From Nanobdellota archaeon (GTDB lineage Archaea; Nanobdellota; Nanobdellia; Pacearchaeales; GW2011-AR1), in the NCBI GenBank assembly GCA_038045825.1, contig JBBSXJ010000001.1:6281-70280 (forward strand): 64,000 bases of DNA, read 5' to 3'. Shown here in pieces: positions 35,861 through 44,900 of the stretch; positions within the stretch are counted from its first letter, which is position 1; each line of letters opens with the position of its first letter. Made by a program: the position numbers and the translations under genes. The notes beneath the pieces are model-generated. The model saw only the letters and a program-made list of their open reading frames with translations. It ran no database searches and was not told the origin of the DNA.

Positions 35861-37005
35861 GGTAATAGAACCTTTCTTGAATCTGAAAATAATCTATCTT
35901 CGAAAACTCTTGATGTTTCATCTTCTTTCTTTTCCATGTCAAGCATTGATAGAAGAAGAGGTATGTGTTTGTTCAATTCATGAGGATTCTTATTACAAAA
36001 GCCATTAACTATTTCTGATTCAAAATCTTCTGTTGTAGGAGTTACATCTATCTCAACTATTGGAAAGAACAATTTTGTTGTGTTTTTCATAAAACAATAT
36101 ACTCCTTGTTTTCTTGAGAACTCTTCTATTTTGTTAAAATTTATATCTGTTATCTTTCCTTTTTCTAGAACCCCTTTTAGTTTTAGAATGAATATCTTAT
36201 CTTTTAAGGGATGTTTCTTTAACTCTTCAATTATTTTGTCTGTCCCTATCAAAGAGTCTGTTATTTCTAGATCTAAAACTAAAACATCTTTTAATTTTAT
36301 ATTATGTCTCTTTGCTTCTTTGTTTGTATCAACAATGTAGAAAGTTCCGTACTTTAGGTCTTCTAATTCAGATGCATTGTTTGGGTATATTGGTCCACCG
36401 TATACTGCATTTCCTTTTTCATATTGAAGATGTAAATGTCCTAGAGCAATGTAATCCACTTTTGGCAAAGATTCCCTGTTTACTGATGGAATATCAAGGT
36501 TTGGAAGAGCATCTTTCATTGTTGTATGCAACATCAATATTTTGAACATTCCAGGTGCATCTTGTAGTTTTATTCTTGGGATATCGTAAACTTCTAAGCC
36601 TGTTTTCTTACCAGGATAACCGTAAATTGCTGCTCCTTTGCATATTGTTGGTTCTAAAATAATTAAATTATCTTTGTCTATTGGTTTGAAAACATTTACT
36701 CCAAATCCTGACTTTTCCATTACATCTAAGAAGCTTTTTCCAGATATTGAATAATCATGACTTCCTGCTATAAAGAAGACAGGTATATTTGCTTCTTTTA
36801 GTTTTCTGAATTCATTGAACGCATCTTTTATTGTTTCTATTGGAGGGTATGGAGAATCAAATAAATCTCCAGCTATAAGAATAAAATCAACTTTCTCTTT
36901 TTTACATGTCTCTAAAGCGCTCTTAAAACTCTCAAAATTAAGTTGTTGTAATTCAGGATATCTCCAAGCGCCTAGGTGACAGTCGGCAAGGTGTCCGAAC
37001 TTCAT
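35857..37005 (-). CDS. mre11: DNA double-strand break repair nuclease Mre11
   Basis: Calcineurin-like phosphoesterase motifs 'HLADCHLG', 'ILIAGDLFD', 'GSHD' and 'GHLH'. There is a 4-nt overlap with rad50. Confidence 0.9.
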   Translation of the reverse strand: MKFGHLADCHLGAWRYPELQQLNFESFKSALETCKKEKVDFILIAGDLFDSPYPPIETIKDAFNEFRKLKEANIPVFFIAGSHDYSISGKSFLDVMEKSGFGVNVFKPIDKDNLIILEPTICKGAAIYGYPGKKTGLEVYDIPRIKLQDAPGMFKILMLHTTMKDALPNLDIPSVNRESLPKVDYIALGHLHLQYEKGNAVYGGPIYPNNASELEDLKYGTFYIVDTNKEAKRHNIKLKDVLVLDLEITDSLIGTDKIIEELKKHPLKDKIFILKLKGVLEKGKITDINFNKIEEFSRKQGVYCFMKNTTKLFFPIVEIDVTPTTEDFESEIVNGFCNKNPHELNKHIPLLLSMLDMEKKEDETSRVFEDRLFSDSRKVLLP

Positions 37006-37057
37006 GAAGTTTGGTTATATGTGGAGTTTTTAGAGATTGTTGTGGTGCTTAGAAAAG

Positions 37058-37359
37058 CTAATTCTGAACTTCGTATGGTGGAAATTTGGTAGCTAACATG
37101 AATGCTGCTCTTTCCGCCTCTATGGGGGAGGCCCTATTAGGACCCTGACCTCTTGCATCGCAGACACGCTCATTACTAGTTAAAACATAACCTTTACCAA
37201 CAACTCTTATTCTAAATCTTTCATCAAAACATTCCTGTGCTACTTACAAATCTCTTAAAACATCATCTAATTTTGCATAATGAAATATTTTACTTTGTCT
37301 GTCTCTGGTTCTAAACCAACTGTACCAGTTTCTTCTTTTTGAACATGAATCCAACTCAT
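37058..37359 (-). pseudogene. degenerate ORF (one frameshift and one in-frame stop)
   Basis: My own minus-strand reading gives 'MSWIHVQKEETGTVGLEPETDKVKYFIMQN*', then a frame shift to 'LDDVLRDL*VAQECFDERFRIRVVGKGYVLTSNERVCDARGQGPNRASPIEAERAAFMLATKFPPYEVQN*'. Part of it is locally GC-rich. Confidence 0.35.
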
Positions 37360-37426
37360 ATTAAATAATTAAAAAATCCCTTTATAAAATTATTATGCTC
37401 AATTCTGACAGAGCAGTTGTTTATAT

Positions 37427-37693
37427 TTACCGAATCATTCCTTTAAATTCTGGCAGATGCGACTCTATAAAATGCAAGATATTTCTTTTATATTCTGTAT
37501 TTAGAGAGATACCTAAAAAATTAGGTTTGGAGTAAATAAGAAGCCAACCTTGTTTTGATAGCTCCTTAACTATTAAATCTCTATGCTGAAATCTCTTAAA
37601 ATGTTCTAATCTGTCGTATTTGTGACCCCAATTATTTTTTCTTGCTAGTTTAAACATAATTTGTGCTTTTTCTTTTTCTAAACCATCAACCAT
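37427..37693 (-). CDS. hypothetical protein
   Basis: An 88-aa ORF with no recognised motif. Confidence 0.45.
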   Translation of the reverse strand: MVDGLEKEKAQIMFKLARKNNWGHKYDRLEHFKRFQHRDLIVKELSKQGWLLIYSKPNFLGISLNTEYKRNILHFIESHLPEFKGMIR

Positions 37694-37790
37694 TTAGTTG
37701 AGACTATTTCTTTATTTATTAATGTTTCTATTATTGAAATAACTCTTGCATAATGAAAACATTTAAATATCCATTATAACCTAATGCTTT

Positions 37791-38123
37791 ATGAAAGTAA
37801 AAGAAAACAAGTCAATATTCTTAGAATATATGGGGGACACTCCTCAACTTAGAGTTCTTGACTTTTTGATAGACAATCATTTTTTTGATTACCCTCTTAC
37901 TGAAATAGCTAGAGGTAGCAATGTTAGTTATAACTCTCTTGTTTCATTCTTTTCTGGTTGGATAAAAAAAGAGATAGTGATTAGAACAAGAAAAATTGGA
38001 AAATCTGATTATTACCAATTAAATATGGATAATTCTTTTGTAAAAAATATAATAAAGCTTGATTGGAGCTTGACTAAAAAGAATGCTATGCCTGAACTGA
38101 AAGATGAAGAGTTAGTTGCTTAA
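37791..38123 (+). CDS. winged-helix DNA-binding protein
   Basis: 'LRVLDFLIDNHFFDYPLTEIARGSNVSYNSLVSFFSGWIKKEIV' fits a wHTH pattern. Confidence 0.55.
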   Translation: MKVKENKSIFLEYMGDTPQLRVLDFLIDNHFFDYPLTEIARGSNVSYNSLVSFFSGWIKKEIVIRTRKIGKSDYYQLNMDNSFVKNIIKLDWSLTKKNAMPELKDEELVA

Positions 38124-38651
38124 TTTAATTTCTAGAACTTCTAAAACTTCGAAGAACATCTTTGTTGAGGCTATTACCTTTGAAATGAGCTTCTCTTTCT
38201 CTAGTTTCTTATTTATTTCATCCATTGGAGTTAATGATGAAAATAACAATAGGATTATTCCATCTTTTTCTAGATGAGGTTTAACATGATCTAGAAAGTT
38301 TAGAATGAATTCATCTCCGTCATCTCCTCCAGTAGTTGCTAACTCGCTTTCTTTATCTTCATCTTTATCTTTTGGAAGATATGGAGGATTACATATTATT
38401 AAGTCAAACTTTCCTTTTACTTTTTGGAACATGCTTGAACGAATCTTCTTTATCTTTTCTTCCTTTATAGAATCTAATGCACTTTTGTTAATATCAACAG
38501 CTGTAACTGATTTTGCTCCATTATCTAAAGCAGATTTTGCAAGTATACCTGTGCCAGTACACATATCAAGAACAGATTTATTTTTACAGTACTTTTTTAT
38601 TACAGATTCTAACAAGTAAGAATCTTCCTCTGGTTCGTATACTAGGCTCAT
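38112..38651 (-). CDS. N5-glutamine (release factor) methyltransferase, Mtq2/PrmC/HemK-related
   Basis: 'YEPEEDSYLL', SAM motif 'VLDMCTGTGIL' and catalytic 'NPPY'. Confidence 0.75.
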   Translation of the reverse strand: MSLVYEPEEDSYLLESVIKKYCKNKSVLDMCTGTGILAKSALDNGAKSVTAVDINKSALDSIKEEKIKKIRSSMFQKVKGKFDLIICNPPYLPKDKDEDKESELATTGGDDGDEFILNFLDHVKPHLEKDGIILLLFSSLTPMDEINKKLEKEKLISKVIASTKMFFEVLEVLEIKLSN

Positions 38652-39160
38652 AGACTCAATAAGTCGAGAATGTCATCTTTAAAGACTATTACTGATATTA
38701 ATGCTAAAACTAAGAGTAATAATACAAGGATAAGAACAAGTATCTTTCCAACGCCTGGAGGATTTATTTTTTGAGAAGGAAGAGGTTTTGGTCTTGAAAA
38801 CTGCGCTTGTTGAGGTTGAGAAGGAGTTTTGTATTGTGGTGCTTGAGGCATCTGAGTTCTTTGTTGTTGAGGAACTTGTTGCTGAGCCTGAAAATTTTGT
38901 GGTTTGGAATATTGTTGTTGAACTTGAGTTTGTGTAGATATTTGTTGAGGCTTAGAAGATATTTGAATCTGCGGGGTTTGTTGATTAACTTGTTGTGCCT
39001 GTTGTGCTTGTAATTCAGGATTGTTTGAAATTACGTAATCATAAGCTTCTTTTACATCTTTCATAGGGTAACCAGAATTAATCAAAGATTGAGCTACTTT
39101 CTGAGGGTTACCACCATGATCTATTGCATTCTTCAGCATTCCTACTATATCCTCCCTCAT
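38648..39160 (-). CDS. Gln-rich tail-anchored membrane protein
   Basis: It has a small N-terminal globular domain, a ~90-aa Q/P-rich low-complexity region and a C-terminal TM 'ILVLILVLLLLVLALISVIVF'. It is overlap-coupled to both neighbouring genes. Confidence 0.6.
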   Translation of the reverse strand: MREDIVGMLKNAIDHGGNPQKVAQSLINSGYPMKDVKEAYDYVISNNPELQAQQAQQVNQQTPQIQISSKPQQISTQTQVQQQYSKPQNFQAQQQVPQQQRTQMPQAPQYKTPSQPQQAQFSRPKPLPSQKINPPGVGKILVLILVLLLLVLALISVIVFKDDILDLLSL

Positions 39161-40488
39161 GCTATTTTTATTGACTCTCCGTTTGAAAGCAAATGAACAT
39201 TATAACCTTTTTTGTACCCCATATCTTCAGCAACATGCATTCCGGGAATTGTTTTAGCATGATCTCCATGAGAGGGAATCACATTTTCAGGATTTGTCAA
39301 TTTTATTAGTTCGATTAAATCTTCCCTAGATCCATGACCTGACACATGAAGGTTATCATGTATTCTTGGTTTGAACTCATCCAATCTCTTCATTAACTCA
39401 CTCCTTGATGCAATTGTTTCAGGAGCTGGAATTGTTTTGGAACAAAATACTATATTATCTCCTTGGCGAATTCTAAGGGGGAGCTGATTTCTTGACATTC
39501 TATCTAATACTGAGCCCTTCTCTCCTTGATGGCCTGTGCAAACTACAAGATATTTATCTCTGTTTGCTTCAACCATTCTAAGAGTTTTATCTACTTGTTT
39601 TTTATAAGTTGCAAGAATAATCTTATTTTTGAAAGGTACTTGATTTATCATTTCTCCTGCTGAGACATATTTTGCTAGACTCCTGCCTATGAAAACTATC
39701 TTTCTATCTAACTTCTGACCGAAGTCAACTATTGATTTAAGTCTAGCAATATGAGATGCGAAGGTTGTTACTATTAATCCCTCTTTACTTCCTTGTAACT
39801 CTTGAAACTTATCTTTGACCAAGTCTCTAGCAATACTTTCAGAAGGTGTTTTCTTTTCTGCATGAGCATAAAGACAGTTCACTACAAGAGCCTTTACACC
39901 TTCTTTTGATATCTGTTTAAGTCTTGAATAATTTGGCTTATCTCCAATAACAGGAGTATCATCTAATTTGTAATCATTGGCATATAATACTACACCCTCT
40001 GGAGTGTGGACTGCTACTAAAGCACATTGAAGAGTCGAATGAGTCATATTTACAAACTCTACTTTGTATTTACTTTTCCCATTTATATTAGCAAAACCAT
40101 TTGGTTTTATTGAGTGTATTGGATTTCTTATCCCTCTTTCTGGTAATAGATTCTTTAGAACCTCGGTAGTATAAGGGGTTCCTGAAATTGGAGCTTTATA
40201 TCTATGAGCTAAGTATTGAACTGCTCCAACATGATCTAGATGAGCATGAGAAATTGCTATAGACTTTACTTTTCCTCTTAATCCTTTTTCGTCTAAATAG
40301 TGGTCATTAGGAAGTGCACCTATATTTCTCATTCCTTGTTCTGTTGGTATTTTTTCTTTTTCAGTTACCCCTACTAAAGCTGGAATGAAAAGACCTGCAT
40401 CGCATAAAGTGACATCATCATTGCATTCCACAGCAGTCATATTTTTACCTACTTCAGAAAAACCACCAACTGCATGAATTTTTAACAT
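39157..40488 (-). CDS. beta-CASP ribonuclease, archaeal RNase J type
   Basis: It has the MBL motif 'ISHAHLDHVGA', is ~440 aa with no KH domains, and has a C-terminal 'VSGHGS...PSHGD'. Confidence 0.75.
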   Translation of the reverse strand: MLKIHAVGGFSEVGKNMTAVECNDDVTLCDAGLFIPALVGVTEKEKIPTEQGMRNIGALPNDHYLDEKGLRGKVKSIAISHAHLDHVGAVQYLAHRYKAPISGTPYTTEVLKNLLPERGIRNPIHSIKPNGFANINGKSKYKVEFVNMTHSTLQCALVAVHTPEGVVLYANDYKLDDTPVIGDKPNYSRLKQISKEGVKALVVNCLYAHAEKKTPSESIARDLVKDKFQELQGSKEGLIVTTFASHIARLKSIVDFGQKLDRKIVFIGRSLAKYVSAGEMINQVPFKNKIILATYKKQVDKTLRMVEANRDKYLVVCTGHQGEKGSVLDRMSRNQLPLRIRQGDNIVFCSKTIPAPETIASRSELMKRLDEFKPRIHDNLHVSGHGSREDLIELIKLTNPENVIPSHGDHAKTIPGMHVAEDMGYKKGYNVHLLSNGESIKIA

Positions 40489-40727
40489 ATTAGAAATATT
40501 GAGATATAAGTTTATAATGGTTTGCGAGAATTAGAGATAAACGCTAGCTCTATCTGGATTGAAGCTATAGCCCCTATCTTCTGTGGGAGTTACTCCTTCG
40601 TCAACTAGACCATCGATGGCCTTTGCAAAATCAACCATCTTATTTATTTAATTAGATTATATTATTAAATATTATTGTAATTTTTGGTAAAGTAAGCTAT
40701 AAATAGACAAGCAAATTTGGTATTAAA

Positions 40728-41546
40728 ATGGAGCATCATATTAATGTTTTATACGGGGCAGTAATATTGCTTCTTATTGTACAGTTAGTTTCTTTTACAT
40801 TTGTAAGCTCTCAATCTGCGAAGCTTATTGCTCAACAAAATAACTTTGAAGAAGAAATTAGAGGATCTCTTGGAAGTGTAAGGCAGGAGAATCAATATCA
40901 GATTGGAGAGATAGTAAGATCAATTTCCCAGCAAAGAAGCGATTTTGAGAATCAAATAGATCTGCTGAAGTCAACTCAGCAGGATCTATCTATTATAATT
41001 GAAGATGCAATAAAGAAAGTGGTTACTATAACTACAGATATTTCAGCTGGAACTGGATTTGTAGTTGCAGAGGGGGATTACATATTGACAAACAATCACG
41101 TAATTGACGGAAGCACAGTTATTCAAGTTCAGACCTACAGCAATGAAGTCTATACCGCTGAGGTTGTTGGAGCAGATGCTTTGGCTGATTTAGCAGTCTT
41201 GAGAATTTCTGGGGATCTTGAAAGTTTTGAGCTTGCTGATTCAGACTCTGTGTCTATAGGGCAGAAAGCAATAGCTATTGGAAATCCTTTAGGGCTATCA
41301 TTTACTGTTACTGAAGGAATTGTTTCTGCTCTTGACAGGGAAGGACCTAATGGTCTTAATTCATATATTCAAACAGATGTTACTCTTAATCCCGGAAATT
41401 CTGGAGGCCCTCTTGTAGATAAAGATGGAAGAGTAATAGGAATGGCCAATTTCAAAGTTGGGGGAGCTGAAGGACTCGGATTTGCTTTGGAAAGCAATAT
41501 GCTAAGGATAAAGACCAATGAGATAGTTGGTTCTGAAGTATTATAA
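40728..41546 (+). CDS. membrane-anchored trypsin-like serine protease (HtrA/S1C-like, no PDZ)
   Basis: It has an N-terminal TM and the catalytic triad context 'LTNNHVI', 'DLAVLRI' and 'GNSGGPL'. Confidence 0.8.
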   Translation: MEHHINVLYGAVILLLIVQLVSFTFVSSQSAKLIAQQNNFEEEIRGSLGSVRQENQYQIGEIVRSISQQRSDFENQIDLLKSTQQDLSIIIEDAIKKVVTITTDISAGTGFVVAEGDYILTNNHVIDGSTVIQVQTYSNEVYTAEVVGADALADLAVLRISGDLESFELADSDSVSIGQKAIAIGNPLGLSFTVTEGIVSALDREGPNGLNSYIQTDVTLNPGNSGGPLVDKDGRVIGMANFKVGGAEGLGFALESNMLRIKTNEIVGSEVL

Positions 41547-41815
41547 TGTTTAAGTTAAAACCATCCGCGCGTGAAAGCAAGAGATATATTCTAATTAGAG
41601 GAACAAGATATAATATTGAGAAAGCAATACTTGAGTTCATAGGGGTTTTGGGATGGGCTAAAGCATCTCCTGTTTTTGTTTCTGAAGTTTCTGATGAAGT
41701 TGTTTTAGCTGTAAATAACAAAGAATTGAATAATGTAAAGGCTGCTTTTGCACTTGCAAAAGATGAGTTGAAGATATTAAGAGTTTCAGGAACGCTGAAA
41801 GGTTTGAATAAGTGA
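41546..41815 (+). CDS. RNase P protein component Pop5 (short form)
   Basis: 'LKPSARESKRYILI' and 'LRVSGTLKGL' match the archaeal Pop5 pattern. It sits upstream of psmA, as in the exosome superoperon. Confidence 0.7.
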   Translation: MFKLKPSARESKRYILIRGTRYNIEKAILEFIGVLGWAKASPVFVSEVSDEVVLAVNNKELNNVKAAFALAKDELKILRVSGTLKGLNK

Positions 41816-41846
41816 GTACAACAATACTTAAAAATGTATTTTAGAT

Positions 41847-42224
41847 TTGATATATATGAGTTCAAGAACTAAAAAGTCTAACTTAGAGAGTCTTCAAGCT
41901 AAAGTTTTTAAGGGAAAAGAATTAAATTGGAGACCTTCTCCAACTCAAGGCCCATCTTTTCAGTTTGTAGAAACACCAACAACATGGTATCTTAATAGGA
42001 TTGGAACGGATGTTATATATGTGCAACCTAGAGATGATACTTCTATGCCTACATGTTATGATTGTAACTCAGATGTTATGTCTAAATATCAAAGGGTTAC
42101 TGAAAGAGTAGAAGGTATGGGGGGTTGTGCAGGAGGAGATGTTAAAGATAAACTTGTAAGATATTGCCCTACTTGTGAAGGCGTACCACCTAGTACTGCG
42201 ACTGAACATGAAAGTACTTTTTAA
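41847..42224 (+). CDS. Zn-ribbon-containing hypothetical protein
   Basis: It has the Cys pairs 'CYDCNS' and 'CPTCEG'. Confidence 0.5.
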   Translation: MIYMSSRTKKSNLESLQAKVFKGKELNWRPSPTQGPSFQFVETPTTWYLNRIGTDVIYVQPRDDTSMPTCYDCNSDVMSKYQRVTERVEGMGGCAGGDVKDKLVRYCPTCEGVPPSTATEHESTF

Positions 42225-42317
42225 CATGATAAATAAAGTTTGATATAGCAAATTTTAAATAGACTTCATTCTCAACAATATTATCTAAAAGGAGTTTACT
42301 AATTAAAAAACAACAAA

Positions 42318-43043
42318 ATGGATATGCCAACTGAAATGCAGCATCAAGCAATGGGTTACGATAGAGCCGCGACCATGTTCTCACCTGAGGGTCATTTATT
42401 GCAGGTTGAATATGCTGAGAAGACTGTAAAGCTTGGAAGTAACAGTGTTGGTATTGTTTGTAAAGATGGAGTTGTAATTATAGCGGATAAAAGAATTAGG
42501 GATAACTTGATTGCTCCTGAATCTGCAATGAAGGTCTTTGAAGTTGATGAACATGTTATGGCAACTGCTGCCGGAATTGCTTCTGATGCAAGAGTCTTAG
42601 TAGATAGAGCAAGATTACTTTCTCAACAACACAGAGTTTCATATGGGACGCCTATTGATCCTATTTCTGTAATTCAGATGATTGCTGATAACAAACAAGC
42701 TTATACTCAGTATGGTGGATCAAGACCATACGGTGTTGCCATAATGATTGCTGGAGTTTCAAAAGGAAGAGGTCATTTGTATACTTCAGATATTACTGGA
42801 AACTTCTTTGCTTACAAAGCAAACTCCATAGGAGAAAATGATGAACAAGTTAAAGAAGAGTTGAGAAAGGGAGTTAATGAAAATATGACTATGGATGAAG
42901 CTATAAAGTTTACTATGAAGATATTCAAAGATTTACTTGGGAAGAACTTTGAATTAGCAAGATTTGATGTTGGAATGATTTCTATGAAGGATGCTAAGCT
43001 TGTTAGATTACACGGCGAGGAACTTCGCAAGTATATTAAATAA
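42318..43043 (+). CDS. psmA: proteasome subunit alpha
   Basis: 'GYDRAATMFSPEGHLLQVEYA' is the alpha-subunit signature. Confidence 0.92.
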   Translation: MDMPTEMQHQAMGYDRAATMFSPEGHLLQVEYAEKTVKLGSNSVGIVCKDGVVIIADKRIRDNLIAPESAMKVFEVDEHVMATAAGIASDARVLVDRARLLSQQHRVSYGTPIDPISVIQMIADNKQAYTQYGGSRPYGVAIMIAGVSKGRGHLYTSDITGNFFAYKANSIGENDEQVKEELRKGVNENMTMDEAIKFTMKIFKDLLGKNFELARFDVGMISMKDAKLVRLHGEELRKYIK

Positions 43044-43098
43044 TTTTATTTTTAGATGTAGTTGAAATACTGCATTCTTTTTTATAACATGCATTGTT

Positions 43099-43455
43099 GT
43101 GACTCGTATGGCTAGAAAATACGATGAAAGGGAAAGAGAATTACATGATGAGGGTGTTAGAGAAGAAGAACTCAAGAGTGATTTAGCTAATTCTGCTTCT
43201 TCTATGCAAAGCCCAGGACAAGAAATGCAATCAAGTAGAAGAAAATACGAAGTGGAAGCTAAAGATATAGTGGCTAGTCAAACTACCGCACCTGTCGAAA
43301 ATACTAATGAAGTAACTGTTGACTTTAGAGATTTTGTTAGAAAAGAAGATGCTCATCAAGACACAAGAGAGAACCACATCATAAGGTTAAGAGAAGCAAT
43401 GAGGATTATTGAGGAAGAAATAAGACATATCGAGCTAAGAAGTGAAAATATATAG
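43099..43455 (+). CDS. hypothetical charged protein
   Basis: A 118-aa, highly charged ORF with no recognised motif. Confidence 0.4.
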   Translation: MTRMARKYDERERELHDEGVREEELKSDLANSASSMQSPGQEMQSSRRKYEVEAKDIVASQTTAPVENTNEVTVDFRDFVRKEDAHQDTRENHIIRLREAMRIIEEEIRHIELRSENI

Positions 43456-43491
43456 CTAAATCTTTAAAAATGTCATTTGCTCATCTTAATC

Positions 43492-44160
43492 ATGGCAAAC
43501 GTTGAAGCACGCATTAAAGTGAATGGGAAGCAATTTGAAATATCTGTTGACTTAGATGAAGCTCTGAAAGTCAGAATTGGAAAAGGCAATGTTAATACTG
43601 CTTTGAACTCTCCTTCTGTTTATACTGATTTGAAAAAGGGAATGGTTGCTTCAAAAGCTGAACTAGACGCTGCTTTTGATACATCTGATGTTTATGCAAT
43701 AGCTGAAAGAATTATGAAGAATGGAGAAATTCAAAAAGATCAAGAATTTAGAGATGCTGAACGCGAGAAAAAAATAAAACAAGTGATTGATTTAATTTTA
43801 CGCAATGCTGTGGATCAGCATGGAAGACCATATACTGATGACCGCATAAGAAAAGCTATTCATGAAGTTCACTTTAATTTTGATAATAGGCCTGCTGAAC
43901 AACAGATGCCTGAGTTGATTACTAAACTAGCAACAGTAATCCCAATTAAAGTTGAAACTAAAAAAGTTAAGTTGACAATTCCAGCAAGATATAGTGCTCA
44001 AGTTTATGGAATGCTTAAAGATTACAAAGAAAGTGAAGAATGGCTTGGAAATGGAGATTTGCAAGTTGTGATGAATATTCCATCAGGATTGCAAATAGAC
44101 TTCTATGATAAGTTGAATTCAGTGACTCACGGTGCTGTTATTAGCCAAGAAATGAAATAG
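43492..44160 (+). CDS. SBDS/Sdo1-family ribosome maturation protein
   Basis: The start is the ATG at 43492 ('MANVEARIKVNGKQFEISVD'). The size and its position between psmA and Rrp4 match the superoperon. Confidence 0.8.
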   Translation: MANVEARIKVNGKQFEISVDLDEALKVRIGKGNVNTALNSPSVYTDLKKGMVASKAELDAAFDTSDVYAIAERIMKNGEIQKDQEFRDAEREKKIKQVIDLILRNAVDQHGRPYTDDRIRKAIHEVHFNFDNRPAEQQMPELITKLATVIPIKVETKKVKLTIPARYSAQVYGMLKDYKESEEWLGNGDLQVVMNIPSGLQIDFYDKLNSVTHGAVISQEMK

Positions 44161-44168
44161 AGATCTAT

Positions 44169-44792
44169 TTAGAAATTAGCTTTTGATGGAATACTGCTTG
44201 TTTTAGATTGATTTTTAGAAGAATTTGGAAATTTATTACTGAGTCTAATTGATTCTGTAAGATCCCAATAACCACCAGCACTTTCCACTAATTCAAGTAA
44301 GCCCGGAGGAAACATTCTACTTAAACTACTTTTAATAGTTCTTAATGGACTTCCTTCTTTTGGCATTCTTACATATTTTACTTTTTTTGAATTTTTTAGA
44401 AAATAAGAAGCATAAGCTATAATATCATCTATAAGATCGATTTGTTCTTTAGTTAAATCGAGTTTTGCTACAGGAATTTTTCCAAAACTAATTTGCCTGC
44501 CATCATCTGTATTTTTAGGATAATAAATTATATTATCTTGAAATATTCTTTGCATTGAACGTGCTTTATCTCCGTTTCTGTAATTTTCTGTTAAATCTTC
44601 TTGAACACCATAAAAAAATAGTCTATCCAAACCATTTCCATAATCTATATCTTGAAAACCTTGAGTCGCTGTAAATTCTCCGCAAATTCCTCTAATTTTA
44701 TGAGTTCCTCTTAAAAAATGATTTATCCTGGTAAATCCATGGAGACTATCATTTTGCTGAACTGCTCTGACATTTAGACTTCCCCTTATCAT
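44169..44792 (-). CDS. hypothetical protein, tandem paralogue 2
   Basis: It shares 'RG...KI.GIC.(E/D)F', 'LFFYG' and 'R.I...(L/F).RMF...L(L/F).L.E.AG.Y.DL(T/S)' with the 44901 ORF. Confidence 0.55.
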   Translation of the reverse strand: MIRGSLNVRAVQQNDSLHGFTRINHFLRGTHKIRGICGEFTATQGFQDIDYGNGLDRLFFYGVQEDLTENYRNGDKARSMQRIFQDNIIYYPKNTDDGRQISFGKIPVAKLDLTKEQIDLIDDIIAYASYFLKNSKKVKYVRMPKEGSPLRTIKSSLSRMFPPGLLELVESAGGYWDLTESIRLSNKFPNSSKNQSKTSSIPSKANF

Positions 44793-44900
44793 TTAAAGCT
44801 GGAAAAAATCGGATTTATAAACATTATTGTAAAAACTAGTTTGACTTTGAATGTCTTCTTGTATGTTCTGGCATAACTCTAAAAAAATACCTACTAAAAA

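Noticed and set aside
35658-35942. 94-aa minus-strand ORF spanning the mre11/rad50 junction
   Set aside because: It is an alternate frame of two well-supported genes that overlap by 4 nt. Its product is low-complexity and Arg/Ser-rich.
40537-40641. 34-aa minus-strand ORF ('MVDFAKAIDGLVDEGVTPTEDRGYSFNPDRASVYL') in the slightly GC-richer gap upstream of aRNase J
   Set aside because: It is too short and has no recognisable motif or partner. It could be a gene remnant, but I cannot support it.
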